A stretch of DNA of 64,000 nt from a virus: IMG/VR virus record IMGVR_UViG_3300046028_008994; one strand, written 5' to 3'. Below are positions 27,193 to 35,781 of this stretch, in pieces (positions within the stretch are counted from its first letter, which is position 1; each line of letters starts with the position of its first letter). The translations under genes were made by a program, and so were the position numbers. The notes under the pieces are model-generated. The model worked only from the letters and a program-made list of their open reading frames with translations, had not been told where the DNA came from and ran no database searches.

Positions 27193-28416
27193 ATGGAAAA
27201 AACATTACAACAACAATATACTCTTATTAGAGAAGGTAAAGGAAATAAAGATCACTTTCTTAAACAAGCAAGAAATTTATTCCCAGAATTCATTACACCA
27301 GTTAATGATTATAATACTACAGTTCATATTTTAAAATCAAAAAGTATTTTAAGTGAAACCGCTATAGGAGGAGTAATCACTTCAAATCCAAATAAACCAG
27401 ATTGGTTTAAAATATTTGATACTAATTTAAAAGAAGCAGTAGGTGTTAAAAACACTAAAGAATATGGTGATCAAAACGAATTTGAAAAAATTGATAAACA
27501 AGTTCAAGATGCTTTAGATCATCAATTTGATAATAAAGATGATAAAAACATAGACAATGTTTATGGACAATCATTTTTAATGGGATACTATACTGAAATG
27601 AAAGATCCTAAAAACGCTGATAAAACAGTTGATGAATTAAAAGCTATTGTATTAAAAAACATGGTTAAAGACATCAATTATTATCATACTGAAGCATCAT
27701 TTGGTGTTAAAGAAATTGGATATACAAAAGATGTAGTTGGTGGTGGAGATGCAATAGCACCCAAAGGCAAATATAAATCATCAGGATATGGTGATATGCC
27801 TAAAGCTAAAGTTGTTAAAGAATCTTTAAATGAAGCTAAAAAATCAAACGTTCAAACTCGTATTAAAGATTTAGAAAAACAAAACGAAGTATTAGCTTTA
27901 GAATCTAAAATAGCATCATTGGATGAAGCAATTAATGAATTAACTCAAAAAGTATCATTATCTGAATCTGATGAGTTAACTGATATGATGGATCCTAAAA
28001 AAATTAATGAACTTAAAAAAGACATTAAAGTACTTGAAAAATACAAAATGACTTGTGAGAAAAAATTATCAAAATTAGGTGGTAAAAAAACCATAGTTGA
28101 TGAAAATAAAGATGAAGACTATGGTGGTTTAAATCCTGAAGATTATGATTTAATGGATGATGGTAGTATGGTTGATCCTGAAACAGGAAAAGTAGTTTGG
28201 AGCCCAACCAATGAAAAAATAACTGAAAACGAAAACGAAAATCCCCCTAACAAATATACATTTGTTGATAAAAAAGTAGTTAGAAGAATTAGTCCACAAA
28301 ATGGAGATAAATCATATGATATTCAATTTGATGATCGCACAGAAAAAACAATTTATGCAAGTCATGATGATTGGGATAAAATCAATTCTATATATCAAAA
28401 AGCTAAAAACGGATAA
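27193..28416 (+). CDS. putative prohead core/internal protein
   Basis: Motif CATATTTATA at 27178-87; many [ILV]xE sites; coiled coil; precedes the protease. Confidence 0.5.
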   Translation: MEKTLQQQYTLIREGKGNKDHFLKQARNLFPEFITPVNDYNTTVHILKSKSILSETAIGGVITSNPNKPDWFKIFDTNLKEAVGVKNTKEYGDQNEFEKIDKQVQDALDHQFDNKDDKNIDNVYGQSFLMGYYTEMKDPKNADKTVDELKAIVLKNMVKDINYYHTEASFGVKEIGYTKDVVGGGDAIAPKGKYKSSGYGDMPKAKVVKESLNEAKKSNVQTRIKDLEKQNEVLALESKIASLDEAINELTQKVSLSESDELTDMMDPKKINELKKDIKVLEKYKMTCEKKLSKLGGKKTIVDENKDEDYGGLNPEDYDLMDDGSMVDPETGKVVWSPTNEKITENENENPPNKYTFVDKKVVRRISPQNGDKSYDIQFDDRTEKTIYASHDDWDKINSIYQKAKNG

Positions 28417-28419
28417 TTA

Positions 28420-29028
28420 ATGAAACAAGTATTAATTGAAACTATACCGTTTAATGTATCTCCGATACAATTAACTGAAGGAATGAAAGCCCGTTCTGGT
28501 AATCCTTTAGTTGAAGGTATTTTAGCTACTGCCGAAGTAAAAAATGGTAATGGTAGATACTATTCTAAAGATTTATGGGAAAGAGAAATTAATAAATACA
28601 TGGATGTTGTTAAAGAAAATAGAGCAACAGGCGAGTTAGACCACCCAGAATCTACAATTATTAATCTAAAAAACGTATCTCATATTATTAGAGAAATTAG
28701 ATGGGACAACGATAAAGTAATAGGTAAAATAGAAATATTACCAACAACATCAGGTAACATATTAAAAGCTCTTATTGAAAACGGAGTTATGGTGGGTGTA
28801 TCATCTCGTGGAATGGGTAGTTTAAAAGAAATGAATGAAGGTACTTTAGAAGTACAAGATGATTTCGAACTATTATGTTGGGATTTCGTATCAACACCTT
28901 CAAACCCGGGCTCATATATGAATTTAGTAAGAGAAGGTAAGGAAAATAATATTATAAACCCATATAATAAGGTGAATTTATTATTAACCGAAATCTTATG
29001 TGCTAATGGTTCTTGTCCAATATTTTAA
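28420..29028 (+). CDS. gp21: prohead protease (T4 gp21-like)
   Basis: NGNGRYY, GELDHPE, VSH, GVSSRGMGS, DFVSTPS. Confidence 0.96.
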   Translation: MKQVLIETIPFNVSPIQLTEGMKARSGNPLVEGILATAEVKNGNGRYYSKDLWEREINKYMDVVKENRATGELDHPESTIINLKNVSHIIREIRWDNDKVIGKIEILPTTSGNILKALIENGVMVGVSSRGMGSLKEMNEGTLEVQDDFELLCWDFVSTPSNPGSYMNLVREGKENNIINPYNKVNLLLTEILCANGSCPIF

Positions 29029-29039
29029 ACAATAAAACT

Positions 29040-29195
29040 ATGAAAATAATAAACTCTTGGAAATCAAAAGCAAAACAATTCGATAAAATAGATATAACTG
29101 CAAGAATATCTTATTTGTCTATATTTGAATTAAATATAGATTTTTCTAAAAAATCTTACAGATTAGTAATATTAAATTTCGGTATTAACTCTTAA
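29040..29195 (+). CDS. small hypothetical protein (start revised to 29040)
   Basis: MKIINSWKSKAKQFDK..., A-rich leader, followed by a terminator. Confidence 0.5.
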   Translation: MKIINSWKSKAKQFDKIDITARISYLSIFELNIDFSKKSYRLVILNFGINS

Positions 29196-29222
29196 CCCCT
29201 CTCTGGATAGAATCCATTGATA

Positions 29223-29255
29223 GACCCTTCCCTAAAAAGAAGGGTTTCTTTTTTC
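29223..29255 (+). terminator. intrinsic terminator
   Basis: ACCCTTC/GAAGGGT stem followed by TTCTTTTTT. Confidence 0.75.
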
Positions 29256-29273
29256 GATTTTAGAAAAGGTGCA

Positions 29274-29393
29274 TATATGTATCGAGGAATATACGGTTCA
29301 TTTTATATCGTATCTATTTTAAATATTCTATTACGCTTCGATTTTATCTACAATAAGCGTATTTCCAACAAAACAATTTGAGGACAAAAAACA
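29274..29393 (+). promoter_or_regulatory. motif variant (TATATGTAT) and structured 5' leader of the scaffold-capsid operon
   Basis: Stems ATACGGT/ATCGTAT and TACGCTT/AAGCGTA, with outer GGAA/TTCC. Confidence 0.5.
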
Positions 29394-30455
29394 ATGACAA
29401 ACAGAGATTTGCTAAAAGAAGCAATCGCAGATGCCAAAGCAGTTAAAGAAACAGCTATCGCAAATGCAAAATTAGCTCTTGAAGAAACTTTCAACCCGTA
29501 TCTAAGAGAAAGATTAGCTGCAAAGTTAAACGAATTAGATGAAGCAGAAGAAGAAACAGAGTTAAAAGAAACAGAAGAAGTAATGGACGAAAATTATTCT
29601 GAAGATGATGACATGATGGAAGAAACCATGGAAGTGGAAAATGCAGAAATGGCAGCTGAAGCAGATACATTAGATCTAGAAGCTCTTCTAAGAGAATTAG
29701 ACGGTATTGAAGAAGACAAAACAGTCAACGCCGCAGGTTACGCTGAAGATGAAGATAACGATGATCACGGTAATCTAAACGAAGCTGAAGATGATGAAGT
29801 TGCTAAAGGTGAAGATGATGATGAAGATGAAAACATCAACATTGAAGACATGAGCACAGAAGATTTAGAATCATTTATCAAAGACGTAATCTCAGACATG
29901 GTATCAGCAGGTGAATTAGAAGCTGGTGAAGAAGGCGAAGAAGGCGGCGAAGAAGAAGATGTTATGAAAATGGATGATGAGGGTGATGATGAAGAAGAAA
30001 TTAACTTAGATGCTATAGTAGCTGAACTTAAAAAGAAACCAGTAACTAAAAAATCAAGTAAAGAAGATGATAAAGAAGACAAAGTTAAAAAGATGGAAAA
30101 AGAACTTAAAGAAGCTTATGACGCTTTAAGACTTGTTAAATCTGAATTAAACGAAGTTAACTTATTCAACGCTAAATTACTTTACACAAACAAAATCTTC
30201 AGAAACAAAAACTTATCTGAATCACAAAAAGTAAAAGTATTAGCAGCATTTGATAAAGCTGTTAACGTAAAAGAAGCTAAATTAGTATATGAAACATTAA
30301 GTGAAGGTTTAAAACAAACAAAAACTCCAGTTAACGAATCATTATTAAGAGGTGCGGCATCTAAAGTATCTGGTATTGCTCCAAAGAAACCAATTCTTGA
30401 AGTAAATGACCAATTAAACAGATGGCAAATATTAGCCGGTATCAAAAAAATATAA
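29394..30455 (+). CDS. gp22: prohead scaffold/core protein (T4 gp22-like)
   Basis: Highly acidic coiled coil directly upstream of the capsid gene; LNEVNLFNAKLLY; C-terminal RWQILAGI. Confidence 0.85.
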   Translation: MTNRDLLKEAIADAKAVKETAIANAKLALEETFNPYLRERLAAKLNELDEAEEETELKETEEVMDENYSEDDDMMEETMEVENAEMAAEADTLDLEALLRELDGIEEDKTVNAAGYAEDEDNDDHGNLNEAEDDEVAKGEDDDEDENINIEDMSTEDLESFIKDVISDMVSAGELEAGEEGEEGGEEEDVMKMDDEGDDEEEINLDAIVAELKKKPVTKKSSKEDDKEDKVKKMEKELKEAYDALRLVKSELNEVNLFNAKLLYTNKIFRNKNLSESQKVKVLAAFDKAVNVKEAKLVYETLSEGLKQTKTPVNESLLRGAASKVSGIAPKKPILEVNDQLNRWQILAGIKKI

Positions 30456-30482
30456 CAATAAAAAAACAAAACAATTAAAACA

Positions 30483-32216
30483 ATGTCAAACGTACATCAA
30501 TTATTAGAAAGCGCAGCAGGAAACTGGAAATCACTACAAAGTGATGCTGCTAAATTAGCTTCTAAATGGACTAAAACAGGTCTATTAGAAGGCTTAACTA
30601 CTGTGGACAGTAACAATATGTCCCTTTTATTAGAAAACCAAGCAAAACAATTAGTAACAGAAACTAACACTGTTGCTTCAAACTCTGGATTCACTTCTGG
30701 TACACAAGGTGAAAACTGGGCTGGTATTGCATTACCATTAGTAAGAAAAGTATTCGGAACTATCGTAGCTAAAGAATTCGTTTCTGTTCAACCAATGAAC
30801 ATGCCTTCTGGTTTAGTATTCTTCTTAGATTTCCAATACGGAAACAACAAAAATCCATTTACTGCAGGTTCTTCTTTATATGGTAACAGAAATGCTTCTG
30901 GTCAATATCCATTTGCTACTCCAGCAGCTGAAGGCGGTTTATACAACCCAGCAAACAAATTTACTTACTCTACTAACCAATTCTCAGCTTCTGTTCCATT
31001 AACTGGATCTACTGCTGGTGGTGTTTTACCTACTATTGGTGCTGGTACTGGTTCAGTAGTTACAGCATCATGGGCTGAATTAAATTTTGATTCTGAATAT
31101 TCAGCATCAGTAATTGCAAACAGAATATACAAAGTAACTGTTGCTACAGCTTCTGTATTAACTAACTTTGATCCAGATGCAGTAAGAGGTTTCACTTTAG
31201 TATCTGGTTCTACATTTACTGCTTCTAATATTTTACCTCAGTTTACAACTTATAACTATACAGCAGGAACTATTAGTTTCTTCTATACAGCTTCAGCTAC
31301 TTTAGGTGCTAATAATACTGCCGGTGCTTCTGCTACTATTTTCTATAACAAAGGTAATAACAGTAGTACATTATCTGGTAATGATGCTAGAGCTGATTTC
31401 GAAGCAGATAGAACAGACGTATCTGTACCTAACTCTTTAAGTAGTTCAAACATCGTAATCCCAGAAATTAATGTTAAAATGCAATCACAAGCCATCACTG
31501 CTAAAACTAAAAAGTTAAAAGCTGTATGGACTCCTGAGTTCGCTCAAGATTTAAGTGCTTACCAAAACATTGATGCTGAAGCTGAATTAACTAACATCAT
31601 GAGTGAGTATATTTCAATGGAAATTGACTTAGAAATCTTAGAAATGTTAATCGAAGATGCTGCAGCTGGTACTGAATACTGGTCAGCAATTAACAACCAA
31701 ACTATTTCAACCCAAGGTACTATAACTAACTTAGGAACTTCAGGTTATTATAACACTCAAGGTCAATGGTTCCAAACTTTAGGTACTAAAATCCAAAAAT
31801 TAAGCAACAAAATCCACCAATTAACTTTACGTGGAGGTGCTAATTTTATCGTAACTTCTCCAACAGTAGCTACTATCTTAGAATCAATCCCAGGATTTGC
31901 TTCTACAAGCAATGGTGAAGCTGATCAAATGGAATATGCTTTCGGTGTACAAAAAATTGGTACTGTAAACGGTCGTTACAAGGTTTACAAAAATCCTTAC
32001 ATGACTGAGAATTTGATGTTAATGGGTTACAGAGGTAGTCAGTTCCTAGAAACAGGTGCTGTATTTGCTCCGTACATTCCGTTAATCATGACTCCGTTAG
32101 TGTACGATCCAGAAACTTTCACTCCAAGAAAAGGTCTATTAACTCGTTACGCTAAGAAAATGTTAAGACCTGAATTCTACGCGAAAATCTATGTTAGTGG
32201 TTTAAACACTATCTAA
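30483..32216 (+). CDS. gp23: major capsid protein (T4 gp23-like)
   Basis: LLENQ, LPLVRKV, VSVQPMNMPSGLVF, AKTKKLKAVWTPEFAQDL, FAPYIPL, TFTPRKGLLTRY. Confidence 0.97.
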   Translation: MSNVHQLLESAAGNWKSLQSDAAKLASKWTKTGLLEGLTTVDSNNMSLLLENQAKQLVTETNTVASNSGFTSGTQGENWAGIALPLVRKVFGTIVAKEFVSVQPMNMPSGLVFFLDFQYGNNKNPFTAGSSLYGNRNASGQYPFATPAAEGGLYNPANKFTYSTNQFSASVPLTGSTAGGVLPTIGAGTGSVVTASWAELNFDSEYSASVIANRIYKVTVATASVLTNFDPDAVRGFTLVSGSTFTASNILPQFTTYNYTAGTISFFYTASATLGANNTAGASATIFYNKGNNSSTLSGNDARADFEADRTDVSVPNSLSSSNIVIPEINVKMQSQAITAKTKKLKAVWTPEFAQDLSAYQNIDAEAELTNIMSEYISMEIDLEILEMLIEDAAAGTEYWSAINNQTISTQGTITNLGTSGYYNTQGQWFQTLGTKIQKLSNKIHQLTLRGGANFIVTSPTVATILESIPGFASTSNGEADQMEYAFGVQKIGTVNGRYKVYKNPYMTENLMLMGYRGSQFLETGAVFAPYIPLIMTPLVYDPETFTPRKGLLTRYAKKMLRPEFYAKIYVSGLNTI

Positions 32217-32248
32217 TATTAGATAACACTTTATAACTAAAATTAAAG

Positions 32249-32279
32249 AACCCCACCAAAAGTGGGGTTTTTTCTTTTT
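32249..32279 (+). terminator. intrinsic terminator after the capsid gene
   Basis: AACCCCAC-CAAAA-GTGGGGTT followed by a T-run. Confidence 0.9.
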
Positions 32280-32280
32280 A

Positions 32281-32335
32281 TTTGGCTAACTTAGATATCT
32301 TTATTACATTTATATAGGCCTATATAATATGTATA
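32281..32335 (+). promoter_or_regulatory. tandem promoters: sigma70-like plus late-motif variant
   Basis: TTTG(32281-84)-N20-TACATTT(32305-11); AATATGTATA at 32326-35. Confidence 0.5.
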
Positions 32336-32357
32336 GATAAATAAAAATAGTTTTAAA

Positions 32358-33272
32358 ATGATAGAAACCCCTTCACAATTAAAGGTTCCAAGTTATGTAT
32401 TAAACTTCCCCTTTTCTCTAAGCACTGAAAATCCAAACAATATTTGGATGGAAGAATTATCACCCGAAGATTTAAAAATTAATAAACCTAAAGCTTATAA
32501 ACAGTTTATGGATTTATATAATTTTATAGCTGGTGGTTCTTTAGTTTATTTATTACCATCGTATGGTGATTATCAAGACCAAGTTTACGTGGCTAATGTG
32601 GGAATGCAATTACCCCACATTAAAGACGATAATATTGTGTTATTATCCAATTTTACTTCCGAACCTAGACAAGGTGAAGAATTAGTAGCAAAACCGTTCT
32701 TTAATTTAATGGGTTATAATACTCATCTATGTCCATTTAAATGGGAAGGTGAAGCAGATTTAAAATACATTGGTGGTAACACTTACATAGGTGGATACGG
32801 TCAACGTTCAACTAAAGAAGCTTATGAGTGGATGGAACAAAACTTTGATATGAATATTATTAAAATAGAAATGGTTGAACCTTATTTATATCATTTAGAT
32901 TGTTCAGTATTTCCATTAACTGATAAAAAAACATTAGTTTGTACTGAATTATTTACACCTGAAGAATTAGAAGAAATAGGAAAATATACAGAAATTATTG
33001 ATATTAGTGTTGATGATGCTTTTGGTGGATTAACAAATTCAGTAAGAATGGGAAATATGATTTTATGTGCATCTAACATTTCAGAATTAAAACGTACTGA
33101 TCCTTTATATGAGTTAGAAAAACATAAAATAGATACATTAGAAAGAATATGCGCTAATGAAGGTTTAGAACCAGTTATATTCAATTTATCAGAATATATG
33201 AAATCAGGTGCTATGTTATCATGCTGTGTAATGCACTTAAATTATGTTGATTATACTAAATCATTAATATAA
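32358..33272 (+). CDS. pentein-superfamily guanidino-modifying enzyme (amidinotransferase/deiminase/dihydrolase)
   Basis: DQVYVAN, EPRQGE, WEGEAD, GYGQRS, YHLDC, SGAMLSCC catalytic motifs. Confidence 0.85.
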   Translation: MIETPSQLKVPSYVLNFPFSLSTENPNNIWMEELSPEDLKINKPKAYKQFMDLYNFIAGGSLVYLLPSYGDYQDQVYVANVGMQLPHIKDDNIVLLSNFTSEPRQGEELVAKPFFNLMGYNTHLCPFKWEGEADLKYIGGNTYIGGYGQRSTKEAYEWMEQNFDMNIIKIEMVEPYLYHLDCSVFPLTDKKTLVCTELFTPEELEEIGKYTEIIDISVDDAFGGLTNSVRMGNMILCASNISELKRTDPLYELEKHKIDTLERICANEGLEPVIFNLSEYMKSGAMLSCCVMHLNYVDYTKSLI

Positions 33273-33988
33273 TGGCTAAAACATTAAAAGACTGGATTAA
33301 TACAGATGTAAAAAAGGCTGAAAAAATGTCTATTGAACAATTATCAAATCAATTTTTCTTTAGAGATCCTTTAAGAACAATGTATATTGATAATGAACAT
33401 TTTTATTCACCAGCTGATGGAACTATCTTATATCAAAAAGTAATTAATGATCCTACTGAACCTATTGTGGAAATTAAAGGTATAAATTATACTTTACAAG
33501 ATGCAATGGGTGATAAAGATTATAACAAACCATCTTTAGTTGTTGGTATATTTATGTCATTTTATGATCCTCACATTATAAGAATTCCATATGGTGGTGT
33601 TATTGATTATGAATATTTAGAGGCAATAGAATCAACAAATAAGCCTATGTTAGCAACCGAAAAAGATATCTTTAACGGTAAAATTAACCCAGCAAATCTA
33701 GAATATCTTAAAAATAATGAAAGAATGAAAATAAAAATAAATTCACTTTCTTTAGAATATCAATATAATATGTGTTTAATAGCTGATGAAGATGTAAATG
33801 TTATATCTTCATTTAAAAAACAACAAGATATATGTTCACAAAACGATAGATTTGGGTTAGTGCGTTGGGGTAGTCAAACAGAATTAATATTACCTTTAGA
33901 TAAGCGCTTTGATTTTGAACTATGTCAAGAGGATCACACCCATGTTGAGGCTGGTTTGGATAAGTTAATAAAAATAAAATGGAAATAA
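33272..33988 (+). CDS. psd: phosphatidylserine decarboxylase-fold pyruvoyl enzyme
   Basis: FFFRD, SPADG, IFMSFYDPHIIRIP, RWGSQT self-cleavage site; TAATG coupling. Confidence 0.8.
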   Translation: MAKTLKDWINTDVKKAEKMSIEQLSNQFFFRDPLRTMYIDNEHFYSPADGTILYQKVINDPTEPIVEIKGINYTLQDAMGDKDYNKPSLVVGIFMSFYDPHIIRIPYGGVIDYEYLEAIESTNKPMLATEKDIFNGKINPANLEYLKNNERMKIKINSLSLEYQYNMCLIADEDVNVISSFKKQQDICSQNDRFGLVRWGSQTELILPLDKRFDFELCQEDHTHVEAGLDKLIKIKWK

Positions 33989-34557
33989 AAACGGTAAATA
34001 TTTATTTTTTACATAATGATGACAATATACCTTTTTATATTGGAAAAACAAACAATATTAAGGATAGAATAAATAATCATAAAAGAACATTTGGTAAAAA
34101 AACTATTTTAGAAATAATAGATGTTGTAGATATAAAAGAATGGAAATTTTGGGAAAAATATTGGATATCTCAATTTAAAATGTGGGGGTTTATTCTTTTA
34201 AATAAAAATAAAGGAGGAGGAGGACCGGATTTTCATGATGATGAAATTAAAAAATTAATAAGTAAAAATAAAAAAGTTACCGGATATAAAGATAATGAAT
34301 TAAGAAAACAAAATATTAGCAAATCAAATAAAGGAAAACCAAATTCTATGAAAGGAAAAAAACAACCACAAGAATATGTTATAAAACGAGCTGAATCTAA
34401 TAGAAAACCATGTTTGCAATTAAAAGATGGAATATTAATTAAAGAATGGTTAAGTAGTAGTGAAGCAAATGATGTTTATAACGGTGTTAATAACGTATTA
34501 AACGGTAGAGCTAAAACAGCTCATGGTTATGTATGGTTATGGAAAAATGATAAATAA
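33979..34557 (+). CDS. free-standing GIY-YIG homing endonuclease with NUMOD repeats
   Basis: NIYFL...FYIGKT..R...H, EKYWI, LLN...GGGG; KTAHGYVW. Confidence 0.88.
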   Translation: MEIKTVNIYFLHNDDNIPFYIGKTNNIKDRINNHKRTFGKKTILEIIDVVDIKEWKFWEKYWISQFKMWGFILLNKNKGGGGPDFHDDEIKKLISKNKKVTGYKDNELRKQNISKSNKGKPNSMKGKKQPQEYVIKRAESNRKPCLQLKDGILIKEWLSSSEANDVYNGVNNVLNGRAKTAHGYVWLWKNDK

Positions 34558-34581
34558 CAAACTTATTAAAATTATAACAAA

Positions 34582-35268
34582 ATGAACCCACCAAAACATG
34601 ACGACGAGGTTTTTAAAAATAAAACCAAACCAAAAGGTCCAATCAAATTCAAAATCGAATTAAATTCAGAACAGAAAGAAGCCAAGCAGATAATTTTAGA
34701 TAATCCTGTAACACTTATAAAAGGTATGGCTGGTTCAGGTAAAACACTATTAGCTTGTCAAATAGCTTTAGATATGGTTTTTAAAAAAGAAATGGAAAAA
34801 ATCATTATTACAAGACCAACTGTATCTAAAGAAGAAATTGGTTTCTTACCAGGTGATTTAAAAGAAAAAATGGATCCTTGGTTAGCACCTATTTATTCTA
34901 ACTTATATCTTCTATATGATAAAATAAAAATAGATAAATTAGTAGCAGATGGTCAAATAGAAATTGTACCTTTTGCATTTATGAGAGGTAGAACGTTTCC
35001 TAAATCATTTGTTATTGTAGACGAATGTCAAAACATAACACACTCACAAACCGAAATGATGTTAGGTCGTTTAGGTAAAGGGGGTAAAATTGTATTTTGT
35101 GGTGATATTTCGCAAGTAGATCTAAAAAGTAAAAGAGATTCTGGTATTGGATTTTTTGATATTTTAGATGCAAGAGTAAAAGGTGTTAGAACAATCTCAT
35201 TAAAGAAAAATCATCGTCATGAAATAGTAGAAGAAATTCTTAGAATTTACGAAGAAGTTAGAGATTAA
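34582..35268 (+). CDS. phoH: PhoH-family ATPase
   Basis: GMAGSGKT, ITRP, GFLPGDLKEKMDPW, FMRGRTF, VDECQN, GDISQVD. Confidence 0.96.
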   Translation: MNPPKHDDEVFKNKTKPKGPIKFKIELNSEQKEAKQIILDNPVTLIKGMAGSGKTLLACQIALDMVFKKEMEKIIITRPTVSKEEIGFLPGDLKEKMDPWLAPIYSNLYLLYDKIKIDKLVADGQIEIVPFAFMRGRTFPKSFVIVDECQNITHSQTEMMLGRLGKGGKIVFCGDISQVDLKSKRDSGIGFFDILDARVKGVRTISLKKNHRHEIVEEILRIYEEVRD

Positions 35269-35290
35269 ATATTTAGAATAATATGTGTGG

Positions 35291-35320
35291 AAGCCAATCG
35301 TTAGATTGGCTTTTTCCTTT
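35291..35320 (+). terminator. intrinsic terminator
   Basis: AAGCCAATC-GTTA-GATTGGCTT followed by TTTCCTTT. Confidence 0.85.
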
Positions 35321-35327
35321 CTATTTT

Positions 35328-35337
35328 AATATTTATA
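35328..35337 (+). promoter_or_regulatory. late-gene motif AATATTTATA
   Basis: Directly after the terminator, before the neck operon. Confidence 0.72.
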
Positions 35338-35348
35338 ACTAAAAACAA

Positions 35349-35771
35349 ATGGCAATTTTTACCTTAAAAATAATAGAACAATTAACACTTAATGGAGATG
35401 ATGTCGGATCTTCTGTTACTCAAACAATTAATAATATTAATTTTATGGATAATAGAATACTAAATATCCCTTCAGGATCTGTAACAACTATATTTTCATT
35501 AGATAATTTACCTGGAGCTGGTACTTTTGTAAGCAGTAGTTTTCAATATGGTAGAGTTACAAATAATTCAACTACAGTACCTGTTAAATTAATTGTATCT
35601 TCTTCAACAGAAGCTATGAGTTTTTTAATAGCAACAGGAAGTTCATTTATACTTTCTACAAGTAAAATAACAGGTAGTACTTCAGGTTTAAACTTTAGTG
35701 ATATAAAATCAATAAAAGTTGAACCATCAGGTAGTGTTGCTTCAATAGAATATTACGTAATAACAAACTAA
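35349..35771 (+). CDS. small beta-rich virion protein
   Basis: S/T-rich; heads the neck operon. Confidence 0.55.
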   Translation: MAIFTLKIIEQLTLNGDDVGSSVTQTINNINFMDNRILNIPSGSVTTIFSLDNLPGAGTFVSSSFQYGRVTNNSTTVPVKLIVSSSTEAMSFLIATGSSFILSTSKITGSTSGLNFSDIKSIKVEPSGSVASIEYYVITN

Positions 35772-35781
35772 TTAAACAATT

